A stretch of 64,000 bases of DNA from the NCBI GenBank assembly GCA_963807925.1, contig CAWEDP010000002.1, forward strand, positions 1,584,451 through 1,648,450, read 5' to 3'. This DNA is from an uncultured Acidobacteriota bacterium. Its GTDB lineage: Bacteria; Acidobacteriota; Vicinamibacteria; Vicinamibacterales; CAVVIG01. Below are positions 57,293 to 64,000 of the stretch, piece by piece (positions within the stretch are counted from its first letter, which is position 1; each line of letters starts with the position of its first letter). The notes below the pieces were generated by a model that searched no databases, was not told the DNA's origin, and worked only from the letters and a program-made list of their open reading frames with translations. The position numbers were made by a program, and so were the translations under genes.

Positions 57293-57994
57293 GATTCGGC
57301 CCGTCCCGTCTCGAGCGCGAGCTCGCGATGCACGCGTTCCACGACCCGGCCGTCGCGCAGCGAAATCCGCGCGTCGGCAGCGGCCGCCAGATCGGCGTCG
57401 TGGGTGACGAGCACGATGGTCGTCCCGCGCGTGCGGTGGATCTCGCGGAGGAGCGCCATGATATGGCGGCCGTTGGTCGTATCGAGGTTGCCGGTCGGCT
57501 CGTCGGCCAGCACGATGGCCGGATCGTTGGCCAGCGCCCGCGCGAGCGCCACGCGCTGCTGTTCGCCCCCCGACAGCTGGGACGGATAGTGGTGCGCCCG
57601 TCCGGTCAGCCCCACCTCCTCCAGCAGGCGTCCGGCCCTGGCGCGCGCGTCGCGGACGCCCCTGATCTCCGAGCGGCACCGAGACGTTCTCGAGCGCCGT
57701 CAGCGACGGAATGAGGTGGAAGAACTGGAACACGAAGCCGATTTTCTCGCCGCGGAGCTTCGCCAGCCGATCCTCGTCCAGCGCCGTGATGTCGATGTCG
57801 TCGACGAGCACCGACCCCGAGGTCGGCGCATCGAGCCCCGCGATCAGCCCCAGCAGCGTCGACTTGCCGCTGCCCGACGGCCCGACGATGGCCAGGAACT
57901 GGCCGCGCGGAATCCGCAGCGACAACGGGTGCAGGATGGTCAGCGGCTCGGTCCCGCTCGTCACCGTCTTGGACACCTCGCGCAGCTCGATCAT
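57289..57994 (-). pseudogene. YbbA-like ABC transporter ATP-binding protein; 1-nt insertion as sequenced
   Basis: MIELREVSKTVTSGTEPLTILHPLSLRIPRGQFLAIVGPSGSGKSTLL...ENVSVPL | [46 protein letters not shown]...[10 protein letters not shown]. The break is at CTCG[G]AGATC (plus 57669-57670). Span 706 nt = 3n+1. Confidence 0.9.
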
Positions 57995-58734
57995 CGGCCC
58001 TGGTCCTTCGCCTGCTGCCCGGTCTGCCGGGCGTCTTCCTCGAGCACCGGCTTCAGGACGGTCCAGACATTGTCGGCGACCAGGCGCGCGCCTTCGGCCG
58101 TCGGATGGATGCCGTCGGCCTGATTGAGCTCCGGGATCCCGGCCACGCGTTCCAGCAGAAAGGGCACGAGCGGCACGCGATACTTCTTGGCCAGCGCCGG
58201 GTAGACCTTGTGGAAGTCGAACGTGTACTTCTCGCCGTAATTGGGCGGCGCCTCCATGCCGGCGAGAATCACCTTGACGCCGCGCGCCTGCGCCCGCTCG
58301 ATCACCTTCGAGAGATTGGCCGTCAGCTCCGTCACCGGCAGACCCCGCAACCCGTCGTTGCCGCCGAGCGCCAGCACCAGGATCCGGACCTCGCCGTCGA
58401 GCGCCCAATCGAGGCGCGACACGCCGCCAGCCGACGTGTCGCCGGACACGCCGGCGTTGACCACGGTGTAGTCGAGCCCTTCGTCGGCGACGTGGCGCTG
58501 CAGGCTGGACGGAAACGCCTGCGCCATCGGCAGTCCCAGGCCGGCCGTCAGGCTGTCGCCGAGGATCACGATGCGCGGCCCGGACGCGCCTGCCACCGGC
58601 GGCAGCGGCGGCGCCTCCTCCGCCCCGGTCCGCGGCGAGCGCTCGTCGGACGCGCCGCGCGACCCGCACGCGACGGTGCAGATGACGACAGCGACGGCCA
58701 GGCCCCGCAGGATCGGTCGAGCGCGAGCGGTCAT
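57991..58734 (-). CDS. tesA: SGNH/GDSL arylesterase-thioesterase, TesA-like, secreted
   Basis: Signal/lipobox-like MTARARPILRGLAVAVVICTVAC; RIVILGDSLTAG (GDS block), LALGGNDGLRG, DGIHPTAEG (DxxH). ATGA overlap with the downstream ATPase gene. Confidence 0.85.
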   Translation of the reverse strand: MTARARPILRGLAVAVVICTVACGSRGASDERSPRTGAEEAPPLPPVAGASGPRIVILGDSLTAGLGLPMAQAFPSSLQRHVADEGLDYTVVNAGVSGDTSAGGVSRLDWALDGEVRILVLALGGNDGLRGLPVTELTANLSKVIERAQARGVKVILAGMEAPPNYGEKYTFDFHKVYPALAKKYRVPLVPFLLERVAGIPELNQADGIHPTAEGARLVADNVWTVLKPVLEEDARQTGQQAKDQGR

Positions 58735-58914
58735 CGACTCATTCGGATTCGATCCTCGCAGCGCAGCCCGGCAATCGCCTGTTCCAGCCGCTGCGATGGA
58801 CGGCCGCCCCGGCGGGTTTCCTCCTGCAGATACTCGAGGTGCTGGCTCTCGAAACCGAGTCCCACTGAAATAGTATGCTAGATCCCGGTCAGTCATGACA
58901 GAGCCGACGCGCGG

Positions 58915-60405
58915 ATGAGCGGCCCGGGCCCGGTGACCCTCGTCATCTTCGGGGGCGCCGGCGATCTCGCGCATCGCAAGCTCCTGCCGGCGCTCTACAA
59001 CCTTCACGTGGACGGGCTCCTGCCGCCGCATTTCGCCGTGGTCGGCGTCGGCCGCAACCCGATGACCGACGAGGCGTACCGCGCCTGGGCGTCGAGCGGC
59101 ACGACCGCGTTTTCGAGGCGTCCGCCGGCGGAGCCCGCCTGGCAACGCTTCGCGTCCGCTCTGTTCCATCAGCAGGGATCGGTCGACGACGGCGGGTCCT
59201 TCCGCGGACTGGGCGCCCGGCTCGACGTGATCGAACACGAGCGCGGCATCCCGGCGAACCGCCTCTACTATCTCGCCGTTCCACCGGCGCTCTTCGCGCC
59301 GACGGTCCAGCAGCTGGCCAAGGCGGGTCTCGTCAGTCCGCCGGATTCCGACCATTTCACCCGCATCGTTGTCGAGAAGCCGATCGGCCACGACCTCGCC
59401 TCGGCGCGCGCCATCAACGACGCGATCGCCGCGGTCTTCGCCGAGCCGCAGATCTACCGGATCGACCACTACCTCGGCAAGGAAACGGTCCAGAACATCC
59501 TGGTGCTGCGGTTCGCGAACAGCATCTTCGAGCCGCTGTTCAACCAGAAGTACATCGACCACGTGCAGATCACCGTGGCCGAAGAGCAGGGCGTCGGCAG
59601 CCGCGCCGGGTACTACGAGCAGGCCGGCGCGCTGCGTGACATGGTCCAGAATCACATTCTGCAGCTCGTTTCGCTCGTGGCCATGGAGCCGCCGCGATCG
59701 CTCGAGGCCGATGTCGTGCGCGACGAGCGGCTCGAGGTCATCCGATCGCTCCGGCCGATTGTCGGCGAGGCGATCGACCGGCTGGCCGTGCGGGCGCAGT
59801 ACGCGCGAGGCTTCGAGCTGGGCGCCACCGTGCCCGGGTATCGCGACGAGAAGGGCGTGGATCCGCAGTCCAGCACCGAGACGTTCGTCGCGCTTCAGGT
59901 CGCGATCGACAACTGGCGCTGGGCCGGTGTCCCGTTCTTTCTCCGGACCGGCAAGCGCCTGCCGAAGCGGGCGAGCGAGATCTCCATTCAGCTCAAGAGC
60001 GTGCCGCCGATCCTCTTCAACGCCGACCCGGCCGGACCGCTCGACTGCAACGTCCTCTCGATCAGAATCCAGCCGAACGAGGGCTTCGCCCTGACCATCG
60101 AATCCAAGATTCCGGGTCCGCACCTGCGTCTCTACCCGGTCAAGATGGACTTTCAGTACGGCGCCACCTTCGGCGGCGCCTCGCCGGAGGCCTACGAACG
60201 GCTCCTGCTGGACGTGATGGTTGGCGATCAGACGCTGTTCATGCGCCGGGACGCCGTCGAGGCGTCGTGGCAGTGGATTACGCCCATCCTCGAGCGCTGG
60301 GCCGGGGACCGGCGTCCGGTGCCGACCTACGCCGCCGGCGAGTGGGGACCCTCGCTCGCGAACGGCCTGATTGAGTCAACGGGAAGACGATGGCGCGACG
60401 CGTGA
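58915..60405 (+). CDS. zwf: glucose-6-phosphate 1-dehydrogenase
   Basis: LVIFGGAGDLAHRKLLPALYNL...VVEKPIGHDLASA...RIDHYLGKETVQNILVLRFAN...; 496 aa. Confidence 0.95.
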   Translation: MSGPGPVTLVIFGGAGDLAHRKLLPALYNLHVDGLLPPHFAVVGVGRNPMTDEAYRAWASSGTTAFSRRPPAEPAWQRFASALFHQQGSVDDGGSFRGLGARLDVIEHERGIPANRLYYLAVPPALFAPTVQQLAKAGLVSPPDSDHFTRIVVEKPIGHDLASARAINDAIAAVFAEPQIYRIDHYLGKETVQNILVLRFANSIFEPLFNQKYIDHVQITVAEEQGVGSRAGYYEQAGALRDMVQNHILQLVSLVAMEPPRSLEADVVRDERLEVIRSLRPIVGEAIDRLAVRAQYARGFELGATVPGYRDEKGVDPQSSTETFVALQVAIDNWRWAGVPFFLRTGKRLPKRASEISIQLKSVPPILFNADPAGPLDCNVLSIRIQPNEGFALTIESKIPGPHLRLYPVKMDFQYGATFGGASPEAYERLLLDVMVGDQTLFMRRDAVEASWQWITPILERWAGDRRPVPTYAAGEWGPSLANGLIESTGRRWRDA

Positions 60406-61436
60406 TGGAGCGCGTGATTCGCGCGTGCCGGGCGGAGGCCGTCGAGGCCGACCTGGACGCGCTCTGGCGCGAGGTGGCGGATCGCACGCCGGCGACGCGC
60501 ACAATCATGGCGAATCTGGTCGTGTTCCAGTCGTGCGCCGAGCGCGACGAGCTCGACGCCGATGCGCCCTTCGAGGGCGTTCCGGTCGAAGCGGTGGCCG
60601 AGCGCCATCCCTCCCGGATCATCGTGCTGAGGCACACCAACGCCCCCGACCAGCTGCAGGCCCCCGTCACGGCGTCGGTCGGCATCCTGCTCTTCGGTCC
60701 GGAACAGGCGCGATCGGCGGTCGAGCAAATCACCATCCGCTGCGTCTCCGCCGAGGCGTCGCTGCCGTCGATCGTGCGGCGCTTTCTCGTGGGAGACCGT
60801 CCGACGTCGCTGTGGTGGACCGACGATTTCTCGCAGTCGCCCCCGCTCCGGGCGCTCGTCACCATCGGCCGCCAGTTTCTCTATGACAGCGGACAATGGC
60901 GTGACGTCGGCGCCGGCCTGGCCACCGTCGCCAGCCTGATCGATGCCCCCGACATGCCCGATCTGGCGGACGTCAACTGGCGGCGGCTCGCGCCCATGCG
61001 TCGGGCGCTGGAACAGACGCGGCGAACCCTGCGGGCCGGGGCAGGGAGCGGTGCCCGGCTTCGTATCCGGATCGTGCACGGGCCGAGGCGGGCGGCCATG
61101 GCATGGCTGCTCGCCGGCTGGCTGAGCTCGCCGTTCGATGGATCGCCTCAGGCCGACCTGACGGTCGCGGCGGACCCTGAGGCGACGTCGCAGGCCGCGC
61201 CGGCGCCCGGGCTCTCCGTCGCCGTCTACGCCGCTGACGCTCTCGTCCTGTCGGCGGTCATGACCGACACCGAAGTGACCGTCACCGAAGCGTCGGCGCG
61301 CGCGCCGTGGACCGTACCCGTCACGAGCGGAGACATGGCCGACGCGGTCGTCGAGGAGCTCGCCTCGCTGCGCTTCGACCCCTCGCTCCTCGACGCCGTC
61401 CGCGCGGCGCACGCGCGGCTCACCGCTGCAGCATGA
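60390..61436 (+). CDS. opcA: glucose-6-phosphate dehydrogenase assembly protein OpcA
   Basis: Sits immediately after and overlapping zwf. ...TRTIMANLVVFQ...HPSRIIVL...LPSIVRRFLVGDRPTSLWWTDD... matches OpcA as I recall it. An alternative ATG at 60405 overlaps the zwf stop. Confidence 0.75.
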   Translation: MARRVMERVIRACRAEAVEADLDALWREVADRTPATRTIMANLVVFQSCAERDELDADAPFEGVPVEAVAERHPSRIIVLRHTNAPDQLQAPVTASVGILLFGPEQARSAVEQITIRCVSAEASLPSIVRRFLVGDRPTSLWWTDDFSQSPPLRALVTIGRQFLYDSGQWRDVGAGLATVASLIDAPDMPDLADVNWRRLAPMRRALEQTRRTLRAGAGSGARLRIRIVHGPRRAAMAWLLAGWLSSPFDGSPQADLTVAADPEATSQAAPAPGLSVAVYAADALVLSAVMTDTEVTVTEASARAPWTVPVTSGDMADAVVEELASLRFDPSLLDAVRAAHARLTAAA

Positions 61437-61851
61437 CCTTCAGCATCTGAATCTCGGCGGCCACCTCGTCGACGTCCGACCGGTTGTAGGTCACCTTCCC
61501 CGCGCCCTTCAGCGACTTCCCGTTTTCCTCCTCCCGCCGGTCGAGCAGTTGCTGCATGCGTCCGAGCAGCGCGAGCGCTTCACCAAGCTGAGGCGCGCAG
61601 GGAGGCGTCGTTTGAGCGGTCGGACCCGGCGCCTGTGCAGATGCCGGCGGCGGCGGTGTTGTTCCCGGCGCCTGAGGCGTCCCGGGCGTCTGGGGGACTG
61701 CCGGCGTCTCCGGAGTGGCCGGCGTCTGCGGGGTCGAAGGGGTCTGCACCGTACCCGGCGCCTGAGCGCGCGCCGCCGAACTGCCGGCAACAGGGCCCGA
61801 CAGGCCGAACATGATAACCAAGCCCGTGAGTGCGAACGACTTCGCGATCAC
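61420..61851 (-). CDS. secreted hypothetical protein with TP(x)TP low-complexity repeats
   Basis: Signal peptide MIAKSFALTGLVIMFGLSGPVAGSSAARAQA; QTPSTPQTPATPETPAVPQTPGTPQAPGT; helical C-terminus. 143 aa. Confidence 0.6.
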   Translation of the reverse strand: MIAKSFALTGLVIMFGLSGPVAGSSAARAQAPGTVQTPSTPQTPATPETPAVPQTPGTPQAPGTTPPPPASAQAPGPTAQTTPPCAPQLGEALALLGRMQQLLDRREEENGKSLKGAGKVTYNRSDVDEVAAEIQMLKVMLQR

Positions 61852-61954
61852 AAATGCCTCCTGTCAGTGAGCCGTGCCGGAGCAAAGCCTCTGCCACGTA
61901 TCGCCGGGCTGATTGAGGGCCACCTTGGTTCCGGAATCGGCGACAATCATGGGC

Positions 61955-62339
61955 ATGCGCTATCTCGTCACGGCTCGGGTTCGCCGGGACAAAGCCGCCG
62001 ACCTCCGCCGCGCGATCGAACAGGAGACGCTGGGCCGCGGCTCGGTTGCCGGCGACGAATACCTCCGCAACATGGGCGACGCCCGAGAGCACGACGATGG
62101 CCGTGTGCAATGGGTCGAGGTATGTTACTGCCCCACGCCGCTCCAGGAGGAACGGGAGGTACTGGGCCGAATACTTTCACCTCGACAAGGTCCAGGACGC
62201 CCACGCCCGCACCCGCTGTCGCGACGAGAACGGCACCGAGTCGTGGGCGTGCGGGGACTGCGACTGCTCGGCGCGTCTCGAAGCGCGCCTGGCCGCGCGC
62301 GGCCATCGATTCCTCGAGGCGCTGCGCGGTCGGACGTAG
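61955..62339 (+). pseudogene. small Cys-rich hypothetical protein; 1-nt insertion as sequenced
   Basis: MRYLVTARVRRDKAADLRRAIEQETLGRGSVAGDEYLRNMGDAREHDDGRVQWVEVCYCPTPLQEERE | YWAEYFHLDKVQDAHARTRCRDENGTESWACGDCDCSARLEARL... spans track ORFs 61913..62470 and 62046..62339. The break is near GGGAG[G]TAC (62158-62159). Span 385 nt = 3n+1. Confidence 0.55.
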
Positions 62340-62363
62340 CCGGTCCTTGTGCCTTCAAGCTCG

Positions 62364-64000
62364 GTGAATGCGCTGCTGGCGCGCGCCTCCGCTGTCCTCG
62401 ACCGCGGACAAGGCGCGGCCGCCGCGCAGATGCTCGCCGCCTCGCTCCGCGGAGCGTCCCACACGCGTGAGGAAGAGCTCGCGATCCGCGCGCTGCTGGC
62501 GGAGGCCTGGCTGCAGCAGGACGATCCGGATCACGCCGAGAGCTCGCTGGGCCGCCCGCCCGACACGCTGCGCGAGCGCCTTCTCCCGCTGACGTTATCC
62601 ATGCTCTGGCGCCTGCACGGACGTCTGGCGTCCGCGCGCGCCAACCAGTCCCGCGCCATCGCCCTGCACGCGCGGGCGCTGAAGCAGGCGGAGCTCGCGC
62701 ACGACTCGCGGGCGATCGGTCTCGCCCACTACGAACTGGGCCAGTGTTATCGCCAGGTCGGCGACATCGCCATCGTCCGCGAGCACATCAGCAAGGCGGC
62801 CTCGGCGCTTCAGGCGGCGGGCGATCGGCGCCACCTGGCGCTGGTGCACTCGCTGTCCGGAATCACGCTGGCGCAGGTCGGCCGGCTGGACGAGGCGATG
62901 ACGGCGCTCCGGCACGCCGAGCGGCTCGCCACCGCGTCGGAGGCCGCCGACGTCCTGGCCACGGTGTGCGGGAACCAGGCCAACGTGCTGATGCTCCAGC
63001 ATCGGTACGAGGACGCGCTGGCGCTCGTGGAGCGCAGTGTGGCGCTCCACGACGCGCGCGGGCCGAGCCATGGCCTCGCGGTCTCTCTGGCGACGCTTGG
63101 CCAGATCTCGGTGCGCCTGGGCGATCTCACGCGCGCGGCCGACACGCTGCACCGCGCCCTCGACGTGCGGACGCCGATTCAGTTCCACGAAACGACCGGC
63201 GCGGTCTTCGACACCCTCGCGCAGATCGAGCTGATTCGGGGACGCTACGATCTGGCCAGCGACTACCTGGCGCGCGCCAGCGACGCGTACGGCGCCTACG
63301 GACGGCAAACCAGCCACTGGTACGAATGGTCGGTCCGCATCCTCAACGCACGGGTCGCGGTCAAGCGCGGCCAGGTCGCCGAAGCCGTCGCGCTCGCCGA
63401 CGAGATCCTCGCGGCCGACGCGCCTCCGGTCGACGCGCTGCAGGCCCGGCTCATCGCCGCCGAGGCGCTGATCGCGGCCGACCGGCTCGCCGAAGCCGAC
63501 GCGCGTCTGTCGGCGGCGGCGCCGACGCTCGACCCGCGCACGATGCCCGCGGCGTGGGGGGAGTACCTCCGGCTGCGCGGCGCGCTCGATGCCAAGCACG
63601 GTCGCTGCGCCGACGCGTACCACGAGTTCGCACAGAGCGCGACGCTGCTCGATCTGCTCGGCGAACGATATCAGGCCGGTCTCAGCCACCTCGCCATCGG
63701 ACGGCTGGTGGCCCAGACCGGCCCGCGCGCGACCTCCGAAGGGCACCTGTCGCAGGCGCACGCCATCTTTCAACAGCTCGGCGCCGAACCGGACCGGGCC
63801 GAAACCGAAGCGGCGACTCGCCTGACGGCACCCGATTCCGGCGAGCCGCTCCTCCCGCCGGATGCCGACGATGCGCTGGTGCGACGGATCGTGGACGCGG
63901 CGGCGCTGCCCGAGCTGCTGGGACGCGAGACCGCCGCCGCCTTGTTCGAAGCGGCCGCCGCGGACGTCGCTGTCGTGTTCGTCCGGCGCGAGCGCGGCGA
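62364..64000 (+). CDS. large TPR-repeat protein, probably the N-terminal sensor part of a transcriptional regulator; continues beyond the window
   Basis: Own translation; this frame is open from 62340 to the window end, so it is missing from the ORF track. VNALLARASAVLDRGQGAAAAQML...HYELGQCYRQVGDIAIVREHISKAASAL...LATLGQISVRLGDLTRAADTLHRAL...; repeated 34-40 aa helical units and high GC3. The antisense track ORF 62595..63773 is a shadow. Confidence 0.7.
   Translation, partial: MNALLARASAVLDRGQGAAAAQMLAASLRGASHTREEELAIRALLAEAWLQQDDPDHAESSLGRPPDTLRERLLPLTLSMLWRLHGRLASARANQSRAIALHARALKQAELAHDSRAIGLAHYELGQCYRQVGDIAIVREHISKAASALQAAGDRRHLALVHSLSGITLAQVGRLDEAMTALRHAERLATASEAADVLATVCGNQANVLMLQHRYEDALALVERSVALHDARGPSHGLAVSLATLGQISVRLGDLTRAADTLHRALDVRTPIQFHETTGAVFDTLAQIELIRGRYDLASDYLARASDAYGAYGRQTSHWYEWSVRILNARVAVKRGQVAEAVALADEILAADAPPVDALQARLIAAEALIAADRLAEADARLSAAAPTLDPRTMPAAWGEYLRLRGALDAKHGRCADAYHEFAQSATLLDLLGERYQAGLSHLAIGRLVAQTGPRATSEGHLSQAHAIFQQLGAEPDRAETEAATRLTAPDSGEPLLPPDADDALVRRIVDAAALPELLGRETAAALFEAAAADVAVVFVRRERG

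Noticed and set aside
62595-63773. 392-aa minus-strand track ORF
   Set aside because: It is antisense to the TPR-repeat gene. The plus frame is open from 62340 to the window end, has much better codon bias and gives regular TPR-like repeats. The minus ORF is R/G/A-rich with no motifs.

Overview
This is a 64-kb chromosomal segment from a high-G+C Gram-negative bacterium. Codon third positions are almost all G/C. That produces many long Arg/Ala/Gly/Pro-rich shadow ORFs in the track, which I ignored. The REP-like hairpins (GTCCGGCTTCAGCCGGAC) and RGG-rich periplasmic lipoproteins remind me of Acidobacteriota, but I cannot verify that. All assignments come from reading the ORF-track proteins and my own translations, with no database search. 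I recognise about 55 protein genes. Most are housekeeping: cinA, pgpA, an NtrY/NtrX-like two-component pair, nrdR, purC, groES-groEL behind a sigma70 promoter with two CIRCE operators, a TonB-family protein, tatA, selB, rnr, a glycerate kinase, ftsEX, gatB, pckA, an ECF sigma/anti-sigma pair, ispH, folK, dksA, an NCS2 purine permease, a tesA-ybbA-ybbP-like cluster, and zwf-opcA. I found no rRNA, tRNA, CRISPR array, transposase, integrase or phage gene. Two things stand out. (1) 28.4-51.4 kb is an unbroken same-strand efflux island: Spy/CpxP-like protein, TolC-like channel, MacA/MacB-type ABC exporter, then four RND pumps with three adaptors, one set in MdtABC-like layout. The adaptors carry unusual RGG-rich segments, and a triple REP-like hairpin sits between two pump genes. 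(2) At least 14 reading-frame breaks occur in 10 otherwise well-conserved genes. Every break I can resolve is a single-base gain. Eight of them cluster in 53-58 kb, and many lie at or next to GATC or GTAC. I think consensus (base-calling) error is more likely than real gene decay, but only raw reads can settle this. I did not find a convincing new multi-gene system; the orphan genes and repeats worth a second look are listed with modest interest scores.
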